This document shows, piece after piece, positions 1 through 9,396 of a stretch of 64,000 bases of DNA (within the stretch, counting starts at the first letter, position 1; every line of letters starts with the position of its first letter). The stretch is from a virus. Location: the IMG/VR virus record IMGVR_UViG_3300025326_000029, positions 2,390 to 66,389 of that record; one strand, given 5' to 3'. The notes under the pieces were generated by a model. That model ran no database searches, was not told the origin of the DNA, and worked only from the letters and a program-made list of their open reading frames with translations. A program made the translations under genes and the position numbers.

Positions 1-130
1 AAACTTGCCCTGCGGTAGCCTTAACTTCCTCTTCTGTTTCATCAATGTCAAGCGACCGAAAAATGCTAAGTCCGCCCGCAATAGCAGGAACGATTTCGTG
101 CTCACCACCTAGCGGGCGGACATCAGCCAT
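1..130 (-). CDS. Partial hypothetical protein, probably virion-associated; runs off the window edge
   Basis: Own translation: ATG at 130 after GAGGAAG, MADVRPLGGEHEIVPAIAGGLSIFRSLDIDETEEEVKATAGQV..., open to position 1. Confidence 0.7.
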   Translation of the reverse strand, partial: MADVRPLGGEHEIVPAIAGGLSIFRSLDIDETEEEVKATAGQV

Positions 131-150
131 ATCTTCCTCGCTTGTTCTTT

Positions 151-1140
151 CTAGTCGCAGTACTGAAGCGTGCAGTAACTATCAGCCGCCTGACTCGTAT
201 CCAGGTTTGTCATCACCACCCTAAAACCATCGAAACCGGCATTAGCCGTAAAGGCGTGTGACCAATAATTAGGATGAGTCGGAGAAAGAGATACAGTATT
301 ACCAGCCTGACCAAAACCAACTGCCAGTGTCGTTAGCACAGAGTTATCTGAATAACCTACCTCAATCTTAAAAGCAACAGAGGCAGATGCAATAACCTGG
401 GTCAATTTCTTCGTTGCAGCCCCGAAATCAACCGTATCGTGGTTAGCAGTTGAACCGGCAGCCAGATCAGTTGAGGTATTATAATCATTAACCGGATTCG
501 TCGGAGCATCTACTCCACCGCCAGTAAGAACGTCTACCTGAAGCTCTCCGTTGGCATCCGTCTTCAACACCTGATAATTCGAGCCATCCGTACCTAGAAG
601 CAGGAATCCCTTTGTACCGGCCGCAACTGCATCTCCATCCGCTACGGTATAAACGCGATCCCAACCAGTACCATCGAACCCGTAAAGCAGAGCTGCAGTA
701 ATCAGCTCATTGTTAGTATTCGAGACGTCATCTGCACCTGCAGCCAGAACATCAACAGCGTCAGTTCCGTCTCCAATCTGCACCATACCACTAACGCTGC
801 TGACACCGACACTGCCATCAACAGTGATCGTATTACCGCCATCGTGGATGTTAACGTAGAGACGTCCGTCCGCATCCGTTACTAGTGCAGCGTAATCACC
901 AGAAGCAGTCGCTGTTGAAGCCGGAGGATCATCATCGCGAACGCTGAGGACAAAAGCGCCAAAATCTCCTGTCGAATGAGCAGAATCTTCTGCGTAATCA
1001 TATGTCGTATCAACTGTAACGGTGGCGGCGGAAGAGGCAAGCGCAACTGCTACTCGTCCAGACGCATCCACCACCGCCTGATTCGCCGTGGTTACAGCAT
1101 CTACTAGGACGATCTTAGCGGCTACGCGCTCATCAGCCAC
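151..1140 (-). CDS. Asp/Ala/Thr-rich putative virion protein; C-terminal domain paralogous to 1623..2129
   Basis: 329-aa ORF in operon; ends GFRVVMTNLDTSQAADSYCTL. Confidence 0.6.
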   Translation of the reverse strand: MADERVAAKIVLVDAVTTANQAVVDASGRVAVALASSAATVTVDTTYDYAEDSAHSTGDFGAFVLSVRDDDPPASTATASGDYAALVTDADGRLYVNIHDGGNTITVDGSVGVSSVSGMVQIGDGTDAVDVLAAGADDVSNTNNELITAALLYGFDGTGWDRVYTVADGDAVAAGTKGFLLLGTDGSNYQVLKTDANGELQVDVLTGGGVDAPTNPVNDYNTSTDLAAGSTANHDTVDFGAATKKLTQVIASASVAFKIEVGYSDNSVLTTLAVGFGQAGNTVSLSPTHPNYWSHAFTANAGFDGFRVVMTNLDTSQAADSYCTLQYCD

Positions 1141-1146
1141 TTTTCA

Positions 1147-1362
1147 TCACTCCTTCGATTGATCCTTCGTTACCTTTAAATTATTGTTCTGCTTCTTCAT
1201 CTCCTCGCGGAGCGCTTCAATATTTCCAGCTACTCTCTCCTTTCTTTCGTCGAGTTCCAGAAGTTCCAACTCTTGAGACGCAATCTGAAACTCAATTTTT
1301 TTAATCTCAGTCTCGATTCTCTTAATAATAAGATTAGGAGGACCAGGTGTTACATCAGCCAT
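1147..1362 (-). CDS. Small coiled-coil protein (possible fibre chaperone)
   Basis: 71 aa, heptad Leu/Ile/Glu/Lys pattern, tight operon spacing. Confidence 0.6.
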   Translation of the reverse strand: MADVTPGPPNLIIKRIETEIKKIEFQIASQELELLELDERKERVAGNIEALREEMKKQNNNLKVTKDQSKE

Positions 1363-1363
1363 T

Positions 1364-1621
1364 TTATTTAGCCTGCTTCGTCGCTCTTACTCGCTTAATA
1401 GGCTCGCGCGTCCAGAAAATCTCACCAGACTCAAGATGCACTTCATAACGATCAGGAAGATCATACGTCTTCTTCAGTTTCGCCTGATAGACGCGTAGAT
1501 AGCTTTCTGCGGCATCAAAAGCCCGACGTTGCGCTTCATGATGAGCAAGCCTGCCTCTATATTCAAGCAGTTCCTGCTCTGTGATCGTCACTGACTCTCG
1601 TTTTCCATTCTTCCCAGCCAT
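1364..1621 (-). CDS. Hypothetical protein (start moved to MAGKNGK)
   Basis: ATG at 1621 lies just after the upstream stop; helical charged sequence. Confidence 0.6.
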   Translation of the reverse strand: MAGKNGKRESVTITEQELLEYRGRLAHHEAQRRAFDAAESYLRVYQAKLKKTYDLPDRYEVHLESGEIFWTREPIKRVRATKQAK

Positions 1622-1622
1622 A

Positions 1623-2129
1623 TCAAATCTCATCCCAATAGAGTGTCGCGTATACATCTGATGCTTGACTTGTATCGAGATTCGTTATCGAGACACCAAA
1701 GCCGCAATCATCCCCGCCTGCTTGCGTGACAAAACGCAAATCTGGTGCATTCCAGCGCCCTGTACTGCCAGCAAACGAGAAAAGAGCTGTCCTAGTCGTA
1801 CGCGCACCACTCGAGATCGTTTGCAGCTGAACCTTGAGAGGGACAGCAGCGCCAAACTCAACAGCTACAAGCCTTCCTATTTTATCAATAGGGATATCTG
1901 TGGCCGTCAAATCAGCATTTCCACCGGCAGATAGAGAAGTACCAGTCAAATATTCTGTTTGAGGGTCAGCAAGTGCAAGACCTACAGGAAATGGATCAAG
2001 AGCAGAAGCATCACTGGCGCTTCCATCTTGCCCGTGAGCGATTTTAAGACGTTGAAAAAGAAGACCGCCGATGTCATCAGCTGCGACGAGAGCCCCGATG
2101 CCAGGCGTATATCCAATGTAGTCAGCCAT
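1623..2129 (-). CDS. Putative virion protein, paralog of the 151..1140 C-terminal domain
   Basis: Ends GFGVSITNLDTSQASDVYATL; GGAG RBS. Confidence 0.6.
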   Translation of the reverse strand: MADYIGYTPGIGALVAADDIGGLLFQRLKIAHGQDGSASDASALDPFPVGLALADPQTEYLTGTSLSAGGNADLTATDIPIDKIGRLVAVEFGAAVPLKVQLQTISSGARTTRTALFSFAGSTGRWNAPDLRFVTQAGGDDCGFGVSITNLDTSQASDVYATLYWDEI

Positions 2130-2134
2130 GACAC

Positions 2135-3925
2135 TTATCTCCTATCGCGCTCAATCGTCATCGTTCCAGAATAGTTGAAAATTACCTGTTCACCTGGGTC
2201 AAGATCAATTGTTATAGGAATCGATGTGTTAGTCAATAGAGCAATACTACGTCCGTTTTTAGTAATACTAGTTACAGTACCGCCGCGCACATAAAGAACT
2301 TCCGGCGTCGGACCAGCAGTATAAGCTACACCAGTTGCTGGTGGCGTCAAGCTGATAACACCTTGTGGATTGTAGCCGCGATTATTACGAATCTTGGCTG
2401 TAGCAGGAATCGTTCCACCTATCGCGGTCACGACATCAGTATGAAATTCATTTTCTTCAATAGTTATATCTGTCACTGTACCTGCATCAAAAGAGATTCC
2501 ACGATTTGTTGTATTCTTAAAACGATTGTTTGTAACTCTGAGTCTATTAACATCAGTAGCACTCGTAGCCAACAAAAGCAAATGACCGTTAGGTCCACCC
2601 TTATCTTTCAAAATATTATTAGCGATTAGCGAATCATCCGTATCGTCGATCCACAATGCGCGATCACAAAGTCGTATAATATTATCAGAAATTACAAGCG
2701 CACGATTATTAGCGCCACCACCTTCACCTGGATTTCCGAACGCAGCAGACTTAATTCCCTGTGACTCAACAGAGGTATAATTAGGGCCAATAATTACATT
2801 ACCATTTACAACGATATCTTCGCAGCAATCAGCAGTTCCACCTGTCTCAGTATTAGAAAAGCCAATACCAACACCCAGCCCATTACTTTCATAATGATTA
2901 CCGATTACAACGGACTGGACTACTCCATCCATAGCCGTTCCAGTATCAGTGTTAGAATAATAACGATTACCAATTGCTCGATAACGACGAGAAGATCCGC
3001 AAAAAGTCGCATCACAGATAAGCACAAAATTGTTAGCATCGTTTGTGACTGGGACACAAACTGTCCCAGCTGCAAAAGTTCCAGTACCGCCCGTACAACC
3101 TGTAAAAGTTGTTGCCGTTTTACCTGTATATGTCACAATCTGAGCAGTACCAACAAGAATTTTTCCAGAGGGGCTGGCCCAACCAGTTGTATCCGGCAAT
3201 CCACCAGCAGTGCTGATAGTAATCGTACCTTGCGGTAACGTATGCGAACCAGTCGTATACACACGCATTCCATTACCAGTAAAATCATTACCAGCAATTA
3301 ACATGTCGTCACAAGCATACATTCGCACCGCGGCACCTGAGCGAAAATTTGTGAGACGACAACGAAGAATCGCGGCACGATGAACCTGACGCAAGAAAAG
3401 ACCTGACCTTGCATCACGGTTAGCTCCATCACTTTGATTAACCATATTTCCATCAAAGCCAATATTCTCAATGAAAACATCTTGAATAGCAGCGCCTTCA
3501 TAGCTAATCAATCTTCCATTAGCGCCATTTCTCAATTTAATAGTGCTGGCAGACATACCGGCGCCAACGATACGCAAATTCGACTTAAGCGTAAGCGATG
3601 CAGCGTCAACAAGATAAACGCCAGTTGGAACAAAGAGTGTTCCACCACTAGCAGGCACTTCAGCGATTGCTGCTTGAAGTGCAGCTGTGTCATTCGTAGC
3701 GCCATCCCCTGTCGCTCCCACCGCTTTTGCATCTACCCAAGAAGCATCCAACCTCGCTCGTACTGTTGCATACGAACGAGAAGGTAGAGTTCCAAGTTCC
3801 GCCTCAATCTTGTTGACTGCATCTGCAATATCATTATGATGAGTCGGATGATCGCCAGTCATGACGGTAATATCCGTCTTATTGATGGCGATGTTGTCTA
3901 AAGAAGTTGGGTAGCTACTTGGCAT
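2135..3925 (-). CDS. Tailspike-like right-handed beta-helix protein (pectate lyase 3-like depolymerase)
   Basis: GATGDGATNDTAALQAAI and GGTLFVPTGVY entry motifs followed by many Asn-ladder PbH1-like repeats. Confidence 0.85.
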   Translation of the reverse strand: MPSSYPTSLDNIAINKTDITVMTGDHPTHHNDIADAVNKIEAELGTLPSRSYATVRARLDASWVDAKAVGATGDGATNDTAALQAAIAEVPASGGTLFVPTGVYLVDAASLTLKSNLRIVGAGMSASTIKLRNGANGRLISYEGAAIQDVFIENIGFDGNMVNQSDGANRDARSGLFLRQVHRAAILRCRLTNFRSGAAVRMYACDDMLIAGNDFTGNGMRVYTTGSHTLPQGTITISTAGGLPDTTGWASPSGKILVGTAQIVTYTGKTATTFTGCTGGTGTFAAGTVCVPVTNDANNFVLICDATFCGSSRRYRAIGNRYYSNTDTGTAMDGVVQSVVIGNHYESNGLGVGIGFSNTETGGTADCCEDIVVNGNVIIGPNYTSVESQGIKSAAFGNPGEGGGANNRALVISDNIIRLCDRALWIDDTDDSLIANNILKDKGGPNGHLLLLATSATDVNRLRVTNNRFKNTTNRGISFDAGTVTDITIEENEFHTDVVTAIGGTIPATAKIRNNRGYNPQGVISLTPPATGVAYTAGPTPEVLYVRGGTVTSITKNGRSIALLTNTSIPITIDLDPGEQVIFNYSGTMTIERDRR

Positions 3926-3949
3926 GCTTATCTAATATTAGAACAACAG

Positions 3950-4357
3950 TCACAACTTAAAAATACGATTAGGTCCAGTATTATCCCACTGAACAGTAAT
4001 ATCTCCATTGTTAGGTGTAACTGAGAAACCATCTACATGTGCAATTAAATCACTCGTAGATTCAGTTCCAGTGTTATTATAAATAATCAAAGAATTAATT
4101 ACAGCACCAGTTGCTACAGTTGGAAAAGTGAGATCTTGACCGTCAAACACGCCACCTTCTGGAGAGTTGACAGTTTTGCCAGAACTAATCGTCTGAGGAC
4201 CGGCAGCTCTGATAGGAGCATCATTGAGAAAATCATCCGTATCAAAGTTCGGAGTATACGCCGACGTTCTCATCAAATAGCAACTGATCGTTGCCGTAGT
4301 CAAGTTAATAGAAGTAGTCAAACATTTAATTTTGTATGGTCGATAAAGCGAGCTAAT
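3950..4357 (-). CDS. Virion structural protein; probable start is ATT at 4357, upstream of the track TTG at 4321
   Basis: VFDGQDLTF...LIAHVD...TPNNGDITVQWD resembles a widespread phage structural family; AGGAGG 9 nt before an in-frame ATT. Confidence 0.7.
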   Translation of the reverse strand: MSSLYRPYKIKCLTTSINLTTATISCYLMRTSAYTPNFDTDDFLNDAPIRAAGPQTISSGKTVNSPEGGVFDGQDLTFPTVATGAVINSLIIYNNTGTESTSDLIAHVDGFSVTPNNGDITVQWDNTGPNRIFKL

Positions 4358-4372
4358 AGCTACTGTCCTCCT

Positions 4373-4618
4373 TTACATACCAAGCTTAACAGCTTGGACG
4401 ACGCCAAAAATAGCGCCCTTTTCCTGATCACTATATTCACGTGAAAGTTCTCCTTCAGCGTACCCTTTAACGATAAAGACATCTGCTTTCTCAGCAGGCA
4501 AATCATATTCGTCGCCAGCAAGGTAATCGTAATCATCAAGCGTAAAAGTTCCATCGTCAATCTTCCCGTCAGCAACATTTATCAACATAAGAACTCTTGT
4601 CGTCTTATCCTTCGGCAT
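4373..4618 (-). CDS. Small hypothetical protein, probably virion-associated
   Basis: 81 aa directly after portal; GGAG RBS. Confidence 0.6.
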   Translation of the reverse strand: MPKDKTTRVLMLINVADGKIDDGTFTLDDYDYLAGDEYDLPAEKADVFIVKGYAEGELSREYSDQEKGAIFGVVQAVKLGM

Positions 4619-4619
4619 T

Positions 4620-6632
4620 TCACTCCTCCGCTATTGGTTCCGACCACTCAGTCGTACCTACAATTTCACCCTGATCGTCGCGCTCAACACGTCTATGCAC
4701 AATCCGTCTAGCAGTCGATGCTTCGAGAGCCTTCTCAACCACCACTCCAACACTCTTGACTGCCTCTGCAGCCATCGCTCCAGAATCTTTCGCTGCCCTT
4801 GCTGCCTTGGCACCCGATTCTCTCGCCGCCTCAGCTGCATCACGCGCCGCTGCCGCTGCTGACTCTCCGGCTTCCCGAGCCGCCATCGCCGCTACACCAC
4901 TTGCCTCAGCTGCCGCACGGGAAGCACGCTCACTCGCTTCCGCAGCAATTTCATTCGCCTCAGCAGTAGCTTCTAGCGCGCGTTGAGTTGCTTCGAGAAC
5001 AGCTCCTGTTGCTCGCTCGCTCGTCAGCTTTAACTCACCTGTCAGCTGAAAGACGCGCTCGGCAAGCTCAAGAATATCCTGATCGCGCATCAACCTACTT
5101 GCAAGCTCAATCCGCTCGCGACCATCGTAGTACTGCCCCAACTCAGTTGTTCCTGCTTCATTCACCCGCGCTGGTATCGATGGACGAGGAGCTTTCTCTG
5201 CTTCGATCACCTCGCGCTCCATCGCTGCTCTGATTTCTCCTGGAGCCATGACCGGAATTCCCAAATACTCCATGACCGCGCGCAAATCAGCCCCAAAACG
5301 ATCAGGCGTCATTCTTTGTCCAGCAAGCCTCATCATCTCTCTCATAGCTTCAGTATCTCGTCTGTCGAATCCGGTTGTAACCTTTCTTGCTTCCGGCGCA
5401 TCAGGCCCAAAATTAAGCGCTACAAGCTGCGGAATAACATGACGATTAACTTCATCATCAAGTTCAGCCATAGAAACTGCTTGCATCTCCATTAAACGCT
5501 GTCCAAACTCCTCTGCAACATTCCGAGAACTCGAGCCGCCGCGACCCTCCGCGAGAGCCTGCTCAGGAATAGTCAATGCACGCAACTTTTGAATATCCAT
5601 ATAGTCAGCCCAATCACGCATTGCTCCGAAATTAACGTTGTGCTCAAGCGGTTTGATTTCCCAAGCGCGCAACGTCGTGGTACGCTCATCAAGTAAGCCA
5701 GTTACAGGAGTCGAAGGAAGAGATACTGCTGCGCCTGAACGCAATTTAGCAAGTACATCTAACATCGTTCCAGAATAGTCAACTTCCTGCCCAGTTACAT
5801 CATCAATTCCTGAAACCGGATGATATCCCATCAATGGTGGATCTGCCCAACGTTCGAAAGAACGATCCATCTGAGCCCATTGGAACCAGTATGACCACCA
5901 ATAGCGATACGCAGGTGCAGTACGCGGATAGCCATACATAGAATTAAATTCAGAATCACGACCATTTGTGAACCAAAGCGCCCAAGGCAAGCGAATATCT
6001 ACTGGTGGTTGCCCAGGGCCACGAGCAACCCCAGGATGCTTGGTCCCTTTTTGCGCGATTCCATTGAACTCACCACTTGCGTTCCAACTAGGTTCAACTT
6101 TCTCCGGCCGTAAGGCGACAAATGGCTTCCAAAGCAATGCATCAACACCTCGATCCCATGTTTTACGTTCAGGATCAGAATCACCAGCAGCCAATGCTTC
6201 TTTATCAAGATATGTCCAAGTAGGTTTACCCAAATAGAAACGTTTAACAACGGCTGAATAGCCAAAATCGTAAGCATTTGTAAACTGAAAAACAAGCCGA
6301 CCCCAGATAGCTCGCAAAGCATGATCAACAAAGTCTGCAACCTGGGCGTCCGAACACTTCACGTACCAAGGCGATCTCACCATTGGAACTTTCAAGAACA
6401 TTAAACCGAAAGAAAGCATTGGATCGCGCCGCATCTGATAGAGCTTTGGGAGCGCTATCCGGGTAGCGTCAAATGGCTGACCGAGTAGTATCCGAGCGCG
6501 ATCCCAATCAACCCAACCAGTTGATTCAGCAACAACTGGCCCCATATCATTACGAGCTAATCGCTCTCTCAGCCGCGCACGAGCATCTCCGTTGCCGGAG
6601 TCATTCGCAAGTACAAACTCGCGAACGCTCAT
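4620..6632 (-). CDS. Portal protein (Mu gp29/DUF935-like) with Ala-rich C-terminal extension
   Basis: Follows TerL with ATGA overlap; motifs YGYPR..AYRYW, FERWADP, IPQLVALNFG. Confidence 0.85.
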   Translation of the reverse strand: MSVREFVLANDSGNGDARARLRERLARNDMGPVVAESTGWVDWDRARILLGQPFDATRIALPKLYQMRRDPMLSFGLMFLKVPMVRSPWYVKCSDAQVADFVDHALRAIWGRLVFQFTNAYDFGYSAVVKRFYLGKPTWTYLDKEALAAGDSDPERKTWDRGVDALLWKPFVALRPEKVEPSWNASGEFNGIAQKGTKHPGVARGPGQPPVDIRLPWALWFTNGRDSEFNSMYGYPRTAPAYRYWWSYWFQWAQMDRSFERWADPPLMGYHPVSGIDDVTGQEVDYSGTMLDVLAKLRSGAAVSLPSTPVTGLLDERTTTLRAWEIKPLEHNVNFGAMRDWADYMDIQKLRALTIPEQALAEGRGGSSSRNVAEEFGQRLMEMQAVSMAELDDEVNRHVIPQLVALNFGPDAPEARKVTTGFDRRDTEAMREMMRLAGQRMTPDRFGADLRAVMEYLGIPVMAPGEIRAAMEREVIEAEKAPRPSIPARVNEAGTTELGQYYDGRERIELASRLMRDQDILELAERVFQLTGELKLTSERATGAVLEATQRALEATAEANEIAAEASERASRAAAEASGVAAMAAREAGESAAAAARDAAEAARESGAKAARAAKDSGAMAAEAVKSVGVVVEKALEASTARRIVHRRVERDDQGEIVGTTEWSEPIAEE

Positions 6633-8458
6633 AGCACCGTCCCCGCGCCAAAGTTAGCTCGCCACTCTTCACCGGGAGGCAAAGCATCATGACCAGCACC
6701 AACAAAGGCTGGCAACGCATGCGTAATATGACGTTTAGAATCAGCTCTCGCTCTTCCTTTTCCGGCGCCACGACGCTGCTGCTGCTCAATTGCGCGATAG
6801 TTGGCTGTGAAATAGCGTAAATTGGCGACAGCATGAATACCATCTTCAATAGGAATCTCAGGATCATCAATCAATCCCATTTTTTTGGAAGGATAATGCC
6901 AGGACTCGATCTCGTCAGCCATCATCGGGCAGCGATCAAGATCTAGAAAGAAAAGACCCTCGTCGAACATCTCTCGCACGGCCTTGACATGCTCCTTTAC
7001 ATCTCGCGTCACATACCATGATGTTGGCAGCGGCGGATTGTGACGAGCAAAATCGAGGCGTGCTGCCTTACCCTGGGGATCTGAAAAACGCTTATGCACA
7101 CGCCAGCCTGTATGACGTGACCCCCATAAAGATTCTCTCTTCACGATTAAATTCGCAAGTGCGATATTCCCAATCTCTGCGATATAAATCTCATCGAAAC
7201 AAACTCGTGATCCTGCTGGAAGTAATTTGCTCGGCTGACCGCGAACATCACCAAAAGCATGCGCTTCTGTGTCTTCGCGCAGTACTTGATACCAATTAAC
7301 AGCATGAGGAGCCGTACCACCCCAGTCTACGGACATATAAACCGAGCCCAGCATCGGATCAGGATCCCACCATCTAATTCCATGTACGTGACGATCGAAC
7401 CCAGGTACAACCATCCCTTCGGCAGAAGGCTTTGAACACTCCTGCTGCGCCTCCCAAACAGAACGAGGCATTGAACGAAAGAGCTTTTTTACGTCTTCAA
7501 AGGGAATCCATCCATTTGCGTGCGCGAGTCTTCCACGACAAGTGTCTTTAAGACTGCGTGTTCTGCCGTCTTCCCAATTGCCTTTGATAACGCGATCACA
7601 ACCACAACCTTCATCAGAAGACAATTCAGGATTTGCGTAAGCGCAGTTAGGAACATTCATAGCACAATCAAATACACACCATGTATAAAGTTTAAACGGT
7701 GGATCCATTTCCTTTGACTCAGCGTCTTCAATTGAATCAATTAATTCCTGCATAAGGCCATAAGAACCCTTACGCGTAGAAGTAATCCAATCTTGAGCAC
7801 AAATTCCACCAGAACTAATAGACATGTTTCTTGTCTCGAAGAAAATAGTTCTATCCATCAATTCAACTTCATCTACATGCAATTTATTCGGATGAGGACC
7901 GTTAACTGCATTCATCGAACTCGCCGCAATTTCTACTTTAGAACCATTCTTCCAACGCGTCTCACGCATCAACGATTGATCAATATCCGCATGATGCTCG
8001 GCAGTGTCACAGCGACCTTCCAACTTTAAAAGACGTCGCAGATGTTCGTAAGCACGAAATGCTTGACTTTCAATCGCGCCAAGTGACATTGAAGAACAGT
8101 TCTGTTTATACTTACTGTTCAACAAATGCAAAATCGCTACTCCTAGCGTCTTCGATCCTCCTCGTGAAGCCATTACTACTGCAGAAGTAACTCGCTCAAA
8201 ATACGCATCAGCAATGAATTGGAATGGAGCTTGATGACCTTCGCAGACAGCAACACGAGGAATGTCCAAACCAAGTCGACTCAAGATCCAAGCATGAAGT
8301 TCATCATCATCAAGCGGCCCCGCAAGCCCCAACTGACGCTCTAACTGTTGCGTCTCTTTTGCCAGCTCCATAAGCTGAGCAGTGTCAAGCTGCTTGAGCA
8401 GAGTGGCGATGTCCTTTTCTTCAAGCCTTTGGAGCTTTTCCTCTTCCCGTAAACTCAC
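6629..8458 (-). CDS. terL: Terminase large subunit
   Basis: Walker A ASRGGSKT, Walker B LHVDEVE, TST coupling motif, RNase H-like SVDWG, FSDP and C-terminal acidic motif. Confidence 0.9.
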   Translation of the reverse strand: MSLREEEKLQRLEEKDIATLLKQLDTAQLMELAKETQQLERQLGLAGPLDDDELHAWILSRLGLDIPRVAVCEGHQAPFQFIADAYFERVTSAVVMASRGGSKTLGVAILHLLNSKYKQNCSSMSLGAIESQAFRAYEHLRRLLKLEGRCDTAEHHADIDQSLMRETRWKNGSKVEIAASSMNAVNGPHPNKLHVDEVELMDRTIFFETRNMSISSGGICAQDWITSTRKGSYGLMQELIDSIEDAESKEMDPPFKLYTWCVFDCAMNVPNCAYANPELSSDEGCGCDRVIKGNWEDGRTRSLKDTCRGRLAHANGWIPFEDVKKLFRSMPRSVWEAQQECSKPSAEGMVVPGFDRHVHGIRWWDPDPMLGSVYMSVDWGGTAPHAVNWYQVLREDTEAHAFGDVRGQPSKLLPAGSRVCFDEIYIAEIGNIALANLIVKRESLWGSRHTGWRVHKRFSDPQGKAARLDFARHNPPLPTSWYVTRDVKEHVKAVREMFDEGLFFLDLDRCPMMADEIESWHYPSKKMGLIDDPEIPIEDGIHAVANLRYFTANYRAIEQQQRRGAGKGRARADSKRHITHALPAFVGAGHDALPPGEEWRANFGAGTVL

Positions 8459-8616
8459 GATGAGTCTTCCTGATAAGGAGGAGTTTCAGCTTCAACCCAA
8501 CCTTCTTCACGCACTCCTTCCGGAAGAAAAAGACCCGTCTTCAAGTCGCGCTCAAACGGAATAGATGAAGGGGAAGACAGTTGCTCTGACTCCTTCTTCT
8601 CTCGCGGCTCATTCAT
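8455..8616 (-). CDS. Small hypothetical protein (MNEPREKK...)
   Basis: Fills the gap between terS and terL with short overlaps at both ends. Confidence 0.45.
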   Translation of the reverse strand: MNEPREKKESEQLSSPSSIPFERDLKTGLFLPEGVREEGWVEAETPPYQEDSS

Positions 8617-9127
8617 GAAGAACCTCGGCTTCGAGTGCTGGATGCGCCTTACGCAACATGCCATCAAGATCAATCGCGCCGACTGAAACAGCTCGAGCGA
8701 GCCTAAAAGCAATCACATCAATCAGTTCTTCACGCTTAGCTCGCCTCAGCCTGTCCTCATCGCGCTCATCTCGCTCCATCTGTTTATGCTCTAGAGCGAT
8801 CCATTCAGTCGCTCCCTTAAGCCGAGCGCTGATATGATTGTTCGGATCGATCGCGTCCTTAAACACCTGCACGATTGCATCTTTGTGCTTGGCTGCCTCT
8901 TCAGCAGCTAGCTCAGTCGCCGTTGTGACCCGAGGGCGCCCAGAACCTGGTTGCGGGCCACCGAACTTTCTACGACCAGTCTCTTGGTCGATGACTTCAT
9001 CATGCATTTTTCGCACAAGATCTCGACGACGCTCCCGTTCAGATTCCGAGATAGCCATAAACCGTGCGCAAGCCTCCTCGACTAGATTTCGTCGCATGCC
9101 AACGATGCGCAAAAAACCTCTATTCAA
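8609..9127 (-). CDS. Probable terminase small subunit (likely start MAISES, ~9058)
   Basis: Position upstream of terL; FGGPQPGSGRP motif and helical C-terminus. Confidence 0.65.
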   Translation of the reverse strand: MNRGFLRIVGMRRNLVEEACARFMAISESERERRRDLVRKMHDEVIDQETGRRKFGGPQPGSGRPRVTTATELAAEEAAKHKDAIVQVFKDAIDPNNHISARLKGATEWIALEHKQMERDERDEDRLRRAKREELIDVIAFRLARAVSVGAIDLDGMLRKAHPALEAEVLHE

Positions 9128-9183
9128 AGGCTAACCCTGCACCAAGATGACACAGGGTGGCAAAACTTACTCTAAGGCTATTT

Positions 9184-9396
9184 TTACCAAGCGCCTAGTT
9201 CCCAGGCAAAAATAAAAAGTGACCAAAGAAACCCAAAGACTATACCAAAAATACCAGAAAATATTACTAACGATAGCAACAAAGAAAATGGCGCTAACAA
9301 TTTCTCTTTATTAGTTAACTTTTTCTTAGAAACATAATTACCAGCGCTCGTAACCATCATTCCTCCTGATCCATAATGTTTCCTAATAACAGTCAC
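9184..9396 (-). CDS. Small membrane protein
   Basis: Long C-terminal hydrophobic stretch after a basic N-terminus; GTGA overlap. Confidence 0.55.
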   Translation of the reverse strand: MTVIRKHYGSGGMMVTSAGNYVSKKKLTNKEKLLAPFSLLLSLVIFSGIFGIVFGFLWSLFIFAWELGAW

